Part shown: positions 12,537-25,778 of the stretch, in pieces
Numbering within the stretch: position 1 is the first letter of the stretch
Layout: each line of letters opens with the position of its first letter
Source of the DNA: Coniocarpon cinnabarinum
Lineage: Eukaryota
Direction: 5' to 3'
Assembly (NCBI GenBank): GCA_051942205.1
Contig: JAVECO010000001.1
Coordinates: forward strand, 124,001 to 188,000
Length of the DNA: 64,000 bases
Position numbers and translations under genes: made by a program
Notes under the pieces: generated by a model
What the model saw: only the letters and a program-made list of their open reading frames with translations
Databases searched by the model: none
What the model was told of the DNA's origin: nothing

Positions 12537-13176
12537 GTTACCAGCTCCTGTGCAAAAAATTGAAAAGCATCACCGACGATTCGGCTCACGTGGATCCTGT
12601 CACAGCTTGATGCATGTAGGTATGCGGAAATCTCTCGGCCGAGGACGCCCCAAGGCAGATTCAACAAGCTAAGCACGTGATGTCAAAACTCCAGTAACGC
12701 AGAGCTCTACAACATATCCTGTCCTTACTTTCGCCGATGGCGTGTTTGTTCGTTCAGATCTACTCGCCATTGAACCGAGCTCCGCAAGGCTGTGGCTCCT
12801 TCTTTCTGATTCCGAACTGGCGCTGTCATATTATCTAAACCGCCTTGTTTCATTGCACAGACTTGCTTTAAATGTTGACACCATCTGGATGCTAATCTAG
12901 TAGCTTAGTCTGGTGGGCTGACATCCGCTAAGTGTGGTCAAGTGCACATCTAGCGTAGGAATGACCCCGAATAGGCCTTTGAATCGTAGGTCGTAACGAG
13001 TCTAGGATCTCGTGAAGTGCTGCAAAGAGGCGGCTATTTGCGCCGGATTAGGACTGCACATGTTCATCGCTGACTCGCTTTGAGCGCTTGTTGGTCGATC
13101 ACTCCCATTGCCGTAAAGACTGTCGCAGTTCTCTTCGAAGTCCAAACCACAAGGCTTCTTGCCGTTGCCAAGTGTG

Positions 13177-14590
13177 ATGAGCGATCCACAGCCCATCGCT
13201 TTGGCTAAGACCATCACCAATGCTATACAGACACTTAATGATTTCTACGATGAAGAGCACTCTGAGTTAGTCTTTCCAGAGGAAATACCAACAAGTGAGC
13301 AGCGCAAATCGATAAATGATGCACTTGAAGCAAGCTTGAAGCTGCAGCGGATACTGCAAGGTCAGGTCGGAGGAATTATGAGTCTGAGTGTAAGTTGATT
13401 CGACATGATCTTCCCTAGGCCCTTTTCGAAACTCAAGACCGGTCGGCCAATGTATGAGTGTTTACGATTCCGACTCACAGGCATATGGAATGGACTTAGC
13501 ATGCTTGCAAACCATCCACGATTTTGGTATCGCGCAACATGTCCCTGAACACGGCACAACGACCTTCGAAGAACTCTCGCGAAAATGCAACATCTCGGCT
13601 GTGAACTTACGCCGGATTCTGAGACATGCCATGACAAACCGGCTTTTTACGGAGCCAAGTCCCGGCACTGTGGCTCACACGGCCATATCTCGCCGTCTCG
13701 CTTATGATGAGTTGATGCGCAGCACAGTCAGCATATCTGCTGATGAACAGTTCCCCGCTGCTGCATTTCTGTCTCGAGCAATGGAGGAGCACACTGATGC
13801 AGCTGATGAGAGACGGACGGCTTGGGGGTTGGCGAATGGAGCCAAGCGTCCCATGGTCGAAGAGCTGCAAGCGGAGTATCCAGAACGTGCAGAGCATTTT
13901 GCTGCCTTCATGAAACATAATTGGAGCACCCAGAATCCGCTGCAGCCGCTTGTAGATAATTACGATTGGGCTTCTTTGGGTTCAGCGCATGTTGTTGACG
14001 TAGGAGGAGGCCTTGGACATGCTAGCATCGCACTGGCAGAGGCATTTCCAAAGCTAACCTTCACAGTGCAGGACTTTGAGACGGTAGTAGCAACAGGGAA
14101 GCAAGACCTGCCGGAACCGTTGAAAGGGCGCATTGCGTTCCAGGCACATGACTTTTTCAAGCCTCAATCAGTTGAAGGAGCAGACGTGTACCTGTTCCGC
14201 TCGATATTCCACGATTGGCCAGATGAAGAGTGCATCAGAATTTTGCGGAATATGGCGCCAGCGCTGAAGAAGGGAGCGAAGGTGCTGCTCAACGACTTCG
14301 TCATGCCTGCGCCTGGAGAGCTGGGCTTTCTGCAGGAACGGCGTGCAAGGTAGGCCTCGATGATATGCAAAGTGATAACGCGCTTATTAATGGGTCACAG
14401 GACGTTGGATTTGATCATGACGTGTCTGTTCAACGCTCGCGAACGCGCAGCCGATGAATGGAAGCCTCTCTTCGACATGGCGGATCCGAGATTCGAATTC
14501 AAAGGCGTGAAGCCAAGTGTCGTAAATCGAAGCAATATGCCAACAAAGATGCTGCTGAGCCTGATGGAAGCTGTCTGGGTAGGCAACTAA
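13177..14590 (+). CDS. SAM-dependent O-methyltransferase of fungal secondary-metabolism type (2 introns)
   Basis: LRRILRHAMTNRLFTEP, VVDVGGGLGH, FQAHDFFKPQ, YLFRSIFHDWPD, FNARER. Confidence 0.92.
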
Positions 14591-15297
14591 TAGGTGACTC
14601 TAGCCAGCATTAGACAATAGTGCATCTCTGCGAAGGCTGTTAGTAATGACGGCGAATAGTACGTCTCGTCGTTTGCAGGGTTATTATTGCGGCGTAACTT
14701 GTGATCTCCTGTGCTCATTATCTCAACCTCTCCTTGATACGCAAGGATCAGTCAGCCTCCATTGGGCGGTGTGAAATGCTGTTGCCGAAGTTGTAAGTCT
14801 ATACTCTTGATTGAAGTGAAGGCTGACATAAGATGATTATTGCAGCATCCTTGCATGTAGCTTACCTTGCATTTTTTGTTGCTCTGCTTCAATGCTATTG
14901 AATACCGTGGATGCAAGGTGAACGTTGTCGCAAAGAGCCTGAATTAAAAATGTGTATGTGTATGTCAATTGGGCATTCAAATAGGCGCTCCAAAGAAGTA
15001 GTCTTCTTGCTATTATCTTAATAGCCCATTTCGCTGTTTGCTTAAGCCAAGGAACACTGGCTACGCTGATCACAAGCGCTCAGAAGATCCATAACTACAG
15101 GAGGAGAAAAGAAATTGTGTCTGGTATTGACGTGCCCTGCATGTCCGAGAAAATTTTGGGGTATCTCCGGTATCATCTTGGTCTCGTCAAGTCGTTTCTA
15201 TTTCATTTTCTCCGATAAACCCTTTCCCTTTCCGTGCGCATCACCTGAGCTTTCGATCGCTTTTGTGTCAATCTCCTAAGGGTCGATCGATTTTGTG

Positions 15298-16272
15298 TCA
15301 CCGAAGCCGTGGTGATCTCAACACCCCTAAATCAACATCTTTGCCAGACGCCTGGCTATTGCTTGTTGAATCCTCCATCATCTGTTTCCCTCCACTTGCC
15401 GGTGATACGGACCTGCTGTGATTCCATTCTTCCTCCTCAGTGGCAGGAAGACTAAACCTGGTTCGCTTCCAGTTCCTCCTTCGCCCTTCCAAGACATGTT
15501 GCTTCAAAGGCATCTCTGCCAGGTTTTCTTGCACCTTCAGGTCACCGTCGACTCTATCATCACTCTTCCAGGAGACCTCTGTCGAGTCTTGGCGCAAGTT
15601 TTTTATGTATTGAATCTGCCTCTCAAGCTCAGGTCTTAAGGATTGTAAAATGCGGTTGTAACGGCCCTTTGCGCCCACTGTCGCACTTTCGTCTTCGACG
15701 TTCTCGGCAACTGCGTTGGTGAGGGTGGTCTGAGATGATTTCGAATCACGCGTTGATGGAAATTCTGCACTAGGTCGGGATGATTCCGAGCTTGACCGCT
15801 GCTGGCTCATAATGTCGCGCTGCAAAGCTTCATAGCCGCTATCATGAGGACGATGTGCTGAACTGGCCTTGGGAGGTTTCGGAGAGGGTAGACGAGCTAG
15901 CGCAGCACATAAGTACTGCTCGGCGGCGTCCAGATTGGTGTGGAATCCATTATGCAGGTTTCCAAGTTTCTCTGCAAGAGTTTCATGTGCAAGTGCTGCA
16001 TAAAAGTTCAAATATGTCTCATGCACTGTATGTAACTGGCGCAACGTTAGAGGTAGCTGTCATGTGGCGGACACGGATCTCCTAAATACCTTTGTCGCTT
16101 TCAGTAATTGACTCGCTTTCTCAATGCAGGTGATCAAGGCACCCTCTACGTAAAGGGACTTGACGAGCGCGCAAGAAAATTGCCATTGCGCAAATGTTCT
16201 CGGCGCCGGAGAGGAAGTGTTATCGAGTCTTGTGGAGGTCGGTGGCTGGACAACGGCAGCGGCAGGCATCAT
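15298..16272 (-). CDS. Hypothetical protein (1 intron)
   Basis: ORFs 16060-16272 and 15298-16044 joinable across a short GT-AG intron; helical segment YLNFYAALAHETLA...AEQYLCAALARLP. Confidence 0.6.
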
Positions 16273-17173
16273 ACTGGATGCCGAACTTGCTGCCGATGCT
16301 AGTCATGACAATCTTGTCGCAATGTGGCTGGAGATGGAAGGAATTGCGGTAAAGCGAGCGAGCGAGCGAGAGAGAACGACAAAAGAAAAGCGACAGAGCA
16401 CGCGACGGGCACGCGACTGTCACGCGCAAAGAACGATGAGATGAAGAGGATGGTTCGACGCAGGTACAGGGGAGCAGATGGCTGTGGCAGGTAACTTTTT
16501 TCTGCAGTCAAGAGTTGCCGTTGGTGCCGTGGCAGGACGCCGTCTCTTACCGCTGCAACTCCTGCCGAGCCACTCATCACGCCGCATCCTTAGAGCCAGG
16601 CTTTGTTGCTTGGACCTGTGTATTCCGAAAATCACTATTGGTCCATCCAGCATTTCATATAGCCTGACCATATTGCCAACTTCACGAGTGATCTTGAATG
16701 CGACAGGTTCACTAATTGCAGGGATTATTGAAACGAAGTATCCAGCATCGTCCAAGGGCACCGAGGCACCTCAGGGCTGCCTTATCTCCGTTATCTCAGG
16801 CCAGCACTTTACACAGCGGAACACTTCCGCCGTAAACAAGCTGCCAGTTCGAGAAGACCCTCGATACGTATCCTCTCTGCCTCTTCTTACTCTCGCGCGA
16901 CCGTTCTGCTTTGCTGCGTGAACAGAATTCCCTGCAACACTTTTACTCTGCTTTGGCAAATAGCGCGCGCGATTCGATCAGTCTACATCTCGGTTCTTCT
17001 ATTCACCAGACCAAAAGTGCTTGCCGACGCACTAAAGCATCCTTACACCCCACTGTTTCGACCCCACCTGCATCTCTCAGCGCTTACTTACCCACCGCTC
17101 TCGCTGCTCCCCAATTTTCTCCAAGTAGCTCTTGTGTGGAAGAACAGAAGACAGACGAGCTCATCAGGCAACG

Positions 17174-17642
17174 ATGTCTTGGCCAACGGACGAGGACATC
17201 GACATGACTAGGCGTAATAAACGCCCAAGGCCGCTGAGTGCCGCAGAGAAGGAGAAGCTAGAACGATTCACAGAAGCCATTCACTATTCAGCAAGGTATT
17301 CCAGACCGTGAATATATTCTGCGAAGGGTGTAGCTGATAATCGAGTACAGATATAGCGATGACGAGTTCGAGTACCGTCACGTACAATTGCCAAAAGAAA
17401 TGCTGAAGCTCATCCCGTCCGACTACATGGACGTCCAGCGGAACACGTTGAAGCTGCTATGGGAGGAAGAGTGGAGAGGACTCGGGATCACACAGAGTCT
17501 GGGTTGGGAGCACTATGAGGTGCACGAGCCTGAGCCGCACATTCTTCTTTTTAAGTACGTGCGCTTGTTTCCAAACATGAAAATCCTCCGCTGACTAGGC
17601 AGACGACCCAAGAACTTCCAGCCTCCTGCAACGATGCAGTGA
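17174..17642 (+). CDS. CKS1: Cyclin-dependent kinase regulatory subunit Cks1 (2 introns)
   Basis: [14 protein letters not shown]...[21 protein letters not shown]...[36 protein letters not shown]. Confidence 0.97.
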
Positions 17643-17906
17643 AAGCGTGGATTCCCCCGTGTCGCCCAGATCGATATCAAATTCGGAGCGCGTTATACTA
17701 GGCCCTCTTTTGCTGTCTTCAAAAGCATCATCTCTGGTGTTGGTGGATATTCAACATTTGATTTTACGAACGAAACCCTCCTCACTGATCTGACGCTGTA
17801 AATGAGTGTTACGAGCCTCAGGGGCAAGGCCTGTGGATAGCAAGGCGTTGAAAGGTTCGCAACAGATTTAGAAATGACCGTAGTTCGGTTGCTTCTACCC
17901 CATGTT

Positions 17907-18929
17907 CTAGACAAGTGTGATGCTATTTATGCTGTTTCCAATCTTCACCTTCGCTGACTGCATCACGATTTCAATATCTTCAAGACGCCGCAGTAGCATC
18001 GGCGGTACGTCAACTGGATCTACTATCCGATCATCACACATAGGATTCTCCAGACTCCACGCCACGCTGAAATGGAATCGAGTAGAATAATCGGGTATCG
18101 TGTTCAAGCTACTCTCGTCCTCTTTTTGCTGTCCCGTGGCCATGACCTCTTCTGACTTTACATACAGCATAGGCAGGCCGTTCAACGACGCGATTCTGTT
18201 GCAGATGCCTAATAGATTGTTCAACTCATCCGAGTCCGGTCCGTGGATTCCGGCAGCCAGGAACCAGCGATTTCTCTCGTGATTAGCAGCCCATTTCAGC
18301 CCATTCAAGCGAAGCGTAATGCCATGACTCCTAGTTGAAGTGCCTTGTTCATTGCGATTTGAGCGAAGCTCTCCGTCTACGGCCTGTTGCATCTCTTCAA
18401 GAAAACCTTCTCGTTGTTCAGTGCGCAAAATAAGTGGTGCAGACAGACTGACATGTAATGGCAGCGGCGCGCCCGTGCTACTACGCAGTGAACTGTGCAT
18501 TTTACCAGGGGTTTTCTGCTGTACGAGGTCTACGAGGTCTTGTAGCACTACTAGCTGTCTTGGCTCTGGCATCCCTTGTTTCCACTTTAGTATTTTGCTG
18601 TGCGTCTCCCATTCTCAGGAGATACTCTTCCTGGCTGATGGATGCGCAGATACATATTCTCGTCACTTACACTCGAGATAGACATGCGTGGGCCAATTTC
18701 CCTCCGCATGCGGTACTGCACGTTTGCGACCCTGATGTAGAGTGGCATCGTCGCCTGTGCTGAGGCGTGGAACTACAGCATAGAGATCGTGGAAGTCGTC
18801 TGGAAGCTTCGGGAGAGCACGCAGATTCCCGCGATCCCGTGAGTTCTCCTGAATCCGGCGCCGCTTGGAGGTGGGTCCATCTGATTTCTGCTCGTCTTCA
18901 TCTAATGAGCTGTACTCCACCAGACCCAT
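17907..18929 (-). CDS. USB1: U6 snRNA 3' phosphodiesterase Usb1 (1 intron)
   Basis: MGLVEYSS; LHQGRKRAVPHAEGNWPTHVYLE; two HxS motifs (LHVSLS, FHFSVAW); KVKIGN. Confidence 0.92.
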
Positions 18930-19271
18930 CAATGGTCCGTGGTCTCAAGCTCATGAGCGAGGCTCGAGAAGAAGACGAACTCTGTTGCAATGTTCTCGAC
19001 ACAAGCTTCGTGAACTGCCGGGGGCAAGGCGTGAGATACTGCAAGGTCCTGCAAAGAGCTAGCAAGTGGGCCGAAATGGGAGATTTGGGCGTGATGGTGC
19101 AGAAGCTTGGGCCGATGACGTCGCGGCTCTGCTAGTGACGCGTGTGCTTCGCCCTCGTCAAAACCCAGGCACCGCTCCGTATCCTTCTTCTGGTCCTCTC
19201 ATCTGTATTATTCTTCGAGCAAAAATCCTATATCCTACTAACAATACGCCGTCGATTGGCTTTGTTCAAGA

Positions 19272-20499
19272 ATGGCATCTCAAGAGAAGAACTGGGTAAG
19301 ACTTGCAAGAGTCACACCACTGCTTCAGATAGCTAACACGTTGCTGTTGGCAGGCTTCCAAAACTGTCATTGAGCCCTTGACCGAGCCAGAACCATACAC
19401 TGTGGATGGACCAGGCTCACGTTTCACTTCAGCTTCCACATCCGCAGCTTCCCCCGTCTCTCGATCCAGCACAGGCATCGAGCTCGCCTCGAACAACCCG
19501 TTCAGGAAGACTTCGACTTCCACCGCATCCAATAGTACCAACAATGCAAGCTCCCACAAGCGTCACGGGAGTATTGAAAAGACAGGGCCTGTCTCGACGC
19601 ATACGCGAGAGATTGGCAACAGCTCTCGAGGTTCCCGCGCTTCCGGCGACCTCCGCAAGGAAGCCTTCGTAAATGAACAGGCAGCCAATGGTCGACGCCG
19701 AGCTGGGAGCAATCCTATGGGGAGCACCTCACATAGTCGTCAAGCTTCAGCAGAGGTGCAAGGACGCCCGCGCAGATCCAGTTCACTCCGGCAAAGGTAT
19801 CCCGGAGACACATCAGACCAGCCGCTTGACACATTAAAGAAGGAATCGAAGAGCGCAAATCGCTCCCCACATCTGCGCAAGCACCACCAGCCTCGTCCTG
19901 ACCAAGTCGATGTACTTGATGACTCGGCGCCCAAGTACCATCACGGTGGACCTTACGATGCAGCTTTGCTAGTGCGCAACAGCTCTTACACTAGCAGTCC
20001 CGTCGCAGCCTTGAAAATGACAAATGAAGAGGCGTGGAAAGCCACTCCGACAGACAAACAGAAGGACTCTCTCAATGATCATCGTCCGCTGGATGGCACC
20101 GCTCTTGTGCCGCCGGGAATCGCCGACGCAAATGGTGACGTATATAACTATCAAGAGGGCGCGGACATGATGAGGGAGCCAGGTGCAGACTACAAGCGCT
20201 GGCCGGGCATTCAGTACCTGCCTGAAGACCTTAAGGGGAAAGGCGAACCATCCTACTCCATCGAAGAAGCTCTGAAAAAGCACGAGCAGAACAGGCATTC
20301 TTATAATGATGGGGTAAACGAATTTGAGCTTGCTGAGCGGCCCAAGCCAAGCGAAGGACCTAGTGAAGCGTATGCAAGTGCATCAGGCCTCGCTGCAGAC
20401 TCAACAGAAGACGCAGGCAAACGCAAGGCCAGCCACTCACACAAGCTGTCGGGTGGCTTCAGGCGACGAGTAGGAAGTTTGGGCAGGAAAGACAAATGA
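19272..20499 (+). CDS. PAL1: Pal1 cell-morphology protein (1 intron)
   Basis: MASQEKNW/ASKTVIEPLTEPEP; SNNPFR; SLRQRYPGD; YHHGGPYDA; DLKGKGEPSYSIE. Confidence 0.85.
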
Positions 20500-20934
20500 G
20501 GGAAGAGATTCGGGATTAAGCCATGGTCTGCAATGTTTACAATTGAGTTGAGTCAAAGATAAGGTAAAGCGTCTGTATGATATTGATTAACCTGGTTAGA
20601 GGCCGAGTTATCAACTACACGGCGTCGGGTGAATTGAAGATCTAGATCTGCACTGCAAAGGCTCGTCGCTTGTCACGTGATCATTGTGTCACCCCTGCAG
20701 ATCATGTTGCATATACGCGGTCTGCTTAGAAATTGGAGGCCACCTGGCATCTCGCCCGGAGAACGATCCTGAATGCGGAGGCTGGCCCTCGTTTGTGTTT
20801 CAGGATGCCTATCACGTCCGCCTAACATTCACCATTGACCCTTTTCTTTGTAAATATTCTCCGGCCCTTCCCTCTGCTCCGTCACTGCGAGTCTCACGCT
20901 GCACTGCCCGCACATTGCAACCCAATTTCCTACG

Positions 20935-22730
20935 ATGCGACGAGCAGCAAGAAACTTCTATCTCGCCGTCTTCCTACTCTTCGGAACGGTGCACCATGCC
21001 TCCGCCGTCGCGCGGCCAAGCCCGAGCACATGTGCAGTAGGTTTACTCTGGTGCAATTTTCATTGTCGCATGATTGACCATCCCAGATTGATCCGCAAGC
21101 CCTCGTATCTGACGCCTGCGCCTCTTTCTCGACTTTGGACGATCTCAACCGAGAACTGCAGCCTCCATTACGATCGCTGACCAAAGAAACCGACTTCTTT
21201 TCGTTCTATCGTTTGAATCTCTACAATAAAGAGTGTCCATTCTGGTCCGATGAGAATGACATGTGCGGCAACATAGCATGCGCGGTCAACACCATCGAGA
21301 ATGAAGAGGATGTGCCAACAATATGGAGAACGGAAGAGCTGAGCAAGCTCGAAGGACCAAAAGCCGAACATCCGGACCGCCGGATGCAGCGTGAAAGACA
21401 AACGAGACCGCTTCTTGGCGAATTAGGAGCGGATGTCGGAGAGAGCTGTGTGGTCGAGTACGACGATGAGTGCGACGAACGTGACTATTGCGTACCAGAA
21501 GATGAAGGTGCCATGAGCAAGGGTGACTATGTCAGTCTGGTCGACAACCCGGAACGCTTCACAGGGTACTCTGGACCGAGTGCGCGACAAATCTGGGACG
21601 CCATTTACCGCGAGAATTGCTTCACTAAGGAAGAGATCGCACCAGTCTCGTTGACATCCTCTTCACCGTTTGATGGACCCGGATCTCAGACGGAAGCAGC
21701 GCAAGGCCTACGCAATGTTATGCGGCACCACGACCGGCAACAGCACCAATCAGCGGATGACCTGGCAGGCACGTTGGACGAGGCATTGCAGCTAGATGGT
21801 CAATGTCTCGAAAAGCGAGTCTTCTACCGCATCATCAGTGGCATGCATGCTTCGATTTCCACACATTTGTGCTACGACTATCTCAACAAAACAACCGGGC
21901 AGTGGGGTCCGAATCTGCAGTGTTATGAAGAGCGTTTGCAACTGCACCCGGAGAGAATATCAAATCTTTACTTCAACTATGCTCTCGTACTGCGTGCATT
22001 GGAAAAGGCACGGCCGGCCCTCGAATCATATACATTCTGCTCTGGTGATCAGGCACAGGATGCTTTGACAAAGCACAAGGTCATGAGCCTGGCCAATCTG
22101 GTCGCACGAGGTCCAAACATCTACGACGAGTCACTGATGTTCCAGGATACAAGTTTACCGAACCTCAAGGATGAGTTCAAGCTGCGCTTCCGAAATGTTA
22201 GTCGCACCATGGATTGCGTAGGATGCGATAAATGCAGGCTGTGGGGCAAGGTTCAAACTGCTGGGTACGGCACCGCTCTGAAACTTCTGTTTGAATTCAA
22301 TGAGCAAGATCCAACGAAGAACCCACCTCTGCGCCGGACTGAGCTTGTGGCGTTGATCAACACGCTGGATAAGATCTCGCACAGTCTCTCCGCAATCGAC
22401 CATTTTGAGACCATGCTGCTAGATGATGGCCACGAAGACGAGGACGAAAAGGAACCAACTTTCCTGGACAATCTCACGACTGCCTTCGATGAAGAATTGG
22501 GAGAAATCTGGGTTGCTCTAAAGTATATCTTGAGGAAATACTATGAGTTCCCGTCAACACTGTAAGTCATCGAGCGAAAGTTTTCTTCGGGCGACTGATC
22601 TCTAACATGATTTAGCTACCACATTGTTTTGACAGAGCTGGCACGACTGTACGAATACTGGCTCGGTCTTCCGATCCACCCGAGTGCATTCAGCTTCGAG
22701 TGGACACAGTCCGGCAAAGAAGACCTGTGA
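20935..22730 (+). CDS. ERO1: ER oxidoreductin Ero1 (2 introns)
   Basis: Signal peptide; CPFW...CGNIAC; NPERFTGY; RIISGMHASIS; MDCVGCDKCRLWGK; spliced C-terminus ends KEDL. Confidence 0.97.
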
Positions 22731-23273
22731 GTCGACAAGGATATTCACGAATTTGATCATAGCATAGCGTGGCGGTAGACAATTAATGTACAATTCATCT
22801 GAACTGGATGTCACGTGCTTGAGTGTTTTTGCAGCGTTTTCACATGTTACTTACAGAACCGCCAAGTCACATGCCAATGCGCATGAGACGCATGTGAAAG
22901 TCGCATTGCTCATGTGAGATCTGGAAATAGAGTGCGACCATGCAATACCGCCGCACTAGCTTAGGCACTGAGCAGAACAGCCTATGGAAATGCTCGGATT
23001 TGCAAGAGGCGAAGCTCGGCAGCAAGCAACGAATATCCACCAAAGCCTGCACGAGACTCGGAGCTGGGCCAGATCTTGCATTGCCGCAAATGGACCAATC
23101 CGTATGCCGAGGCTAGTCTTGCGGTCGATCCCCACGCTTGAGACGAACGACGATGTCTTGACTTTTGTGATGATTCTTGCAACCTTTTCCCTTCCCTTTC
23201 CTTTTGTCTCTTCATCATAAATCGTCATCCTCTCCATTTACGACCTTCTCATACCCTTCTTGCTCTGACGAAA

Positions 23274-25330
23274 ATGCCTCCTAGAGTGATTGTTGTTGGC
23301 GCTGGGCGTGAGTTCTTTACAACCAAGTTGTCAGCTGCAAAGGGATGACTGATTGGGTTTGCAGTGTCTGGCCTGAGTGCGGCGCACACCATATATCTTG
23401 CGGGTGGCAATGTGGTCCTTCTTGACAAAAACAGTATGTCAAATGTACAGCCGTTGAAGGCGACCGACGCAATGGAAGCTCACACCATGGCCAGACTTCA
23501 TGGGAGGAAACTCAACAAAGGCTACCTCCGGAATCAACGGCGCTCTCACCCGTGCACAAAACGACTTAAGCATTCGAGATAGTGCCAAACAATTCTACGA
23601 TGATACCTTGAAGTCTGCTCGTGACAAGGCCCGTCCAGATCTCATCAAGGTTTTGACGTATCAATCGGCTGCAGCTGTAGAATGGCTGCAAGACGTCTTC
23701 AACCTCGACTTGACGCTGGTGTCCCGACTTGGGTGCGTAATTAGCGACAATGATCACGCAACTACGTTTCTAACAAGCACGCAGTGGCCACTCATACCAA
23801 CGAACACACCGTGGTCATGACGCCAAATTCCCTGGCATGGCCATCACATATGCACTGATGCAAAGATTCGAGGAGCTTGCCGAGAAGGAGCCTGAGAGGG
23901 TACAACTCATCAAGAAAGCTAAGGTGCACAGCATTAACCGGGATGGCAACTCGATCACTGGTGTCACGTACTCCTTCAATGACCAGGAGATTTCGCTTGA
24001 TGGACCGGTCGTCCTTGCTACAGGAGGGTACGCTGCGGACTTTGGCGAGACCTCTCTTCTCAAGAAGTGGAGACCGGACACATTCGATCTCTCTTCCACT
24101 AATGGTCAGCATGCCACTGGCGATGGTCACAAGATGCTGATGGCAATTGGCGCAAACGACATTGATATGGACAAGGTCCAAGTCCACCCGACAGGTCTGG
24201 TTGATCCCAAGGATCCCACGTCCAAGTGGAAGTTCCTCGCCGCAGAGGCACTTCGTGGTGAGGGAGGTCTGCTACTTAACAACAAGGGCGACCGGTTCGT
24301 CGACGAGCTACAGCATCGCGATTTCGTGTCAGAAACCATGTTTGAGGAGAAAAAGAAGGGCCTCTGGCCGATTCGACTGGTTTTGAACAGCAAAGCCTCC
24401 AATGTTCTCGACTTCCACACCCGTCACTACTCAGGTCGTGGGTTGATGAGAAAGATGACTGGAAAGGAGCTGGCACAGGAAATTGGCTGCTCGCCTGATC
24501 ACCTGCAGCAGACATTCACTGACTACAACAGCTATGCCGAAGGCAAGCAGCCAGATCCATACAAGAAGAAATACTTCCACAACTTCCCATTCAATGTTGA
24601 CGACACATTCCACGTTGCAACTATGGAGCCCGTATTGCATTTTACCATGGGCGGCATCGAGATCAACGACAAGGCACAGGTGCTGAACGGCAACAAGGAG
24701 CCATTTGATGGTCTCTTCGCGTGCGGTGAGCTTGCAGGTGGTGTCCATGGCGCGAACCGCCTGGGCGGGTCATCACTCTTAGGATGTGTGGTATATGGTC
24801 GTGTCGCAGGAAGCTCAGCAAGCAAATACATGTTCCAGTCCGTACTCAACGGTGGCATGTCGGCCGCTGCAAGCCGTCTGGGCCAAATCAGTCTACATAT
24901 CGACCCCAACACACCCGGCAAAGTCTCCGTCGAGTGGGCAAACAACGCTGGTCAAACCGGCTCAGATGCACCAGCTTCCCACACACAGGCGTCATCGGCG
25001 CCCGTCATGCAAAACCAGGTGGACCCAGGTCAAGCCGAGAGACCGAAGGATCCCAAGGAGTTCAAGGTCCCTGACGAGGAGTACACGCTGGAGGAGGTCG
25101 CCAAGCACAACAAGAAGGAGGACCTCTGGATTGCCGTCAAAGGCATTGTGCTCAATGTCACGGACTGGGTAGAGGAACACCCGGGTGGTCCTCAGGCTCT
25201 CTTCTCACACATGGGCAAAGATGCGAGCGAGGAGTTTGCTATGCTGCATGATGATGAGGTTATCCCCAAATATGCTGCAGAGATTGTGATTGGCAAAGTG
25301 AAGGGACAAGAGGTCTCGCTTGAGATCTGA
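23274..25330 (+). CDS. OSM1: Soluble fumarate reductase flavoprotein (Osm1/Frd1-like) with C-terminal cytochrome b5 domain (3 introns)
   Basis: VIVVGAG; GGNSTKATSGING; QVHPTG; AAEALRGEGG; LHFTMGG; GVHGANRLGGSSL; b5 motif EHPGG. Confidence 0.92.
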
Positions 25331-25778
25331 TTGAATTCTTTGCCCAAGGGCTTCGGGAGAAGGTGGAGCTGTCTGCATGGCCTGTTCATATATCGGTCTT
25401 GGCGTAGTTTGTACATATCTAAGCAACGAAGACAATCTTACATGTTTGAATGGTGAGATGTTCTTTCGGCTCGGCGGAGAGGCCTGGGGACAGAAGTCGC
25501 TGCCGGAGCTCAGCCTGTACGATAAGCACAATTCAGGTCACAAACCTACGAGTACAACGGCGAAAGGTCATTGTCAGCGAAAAGACACTCAATTAAAGTG
25601 CGGCAATGACTACCCTATGAAGCCCTTGCGGTGCCTTGATCATCTGAGGCGCGTCCGTCGCGACCTCTTGAGAAACCACAAGACGAGTGCTCCGCACTGG
25701 GCGAGTTGCACCAGCGCTTGCAGGCCGCAAATTCACCAAAGCTGCTGAAAGAATTTCAAGAATAGCAAAGCAGCCGCA

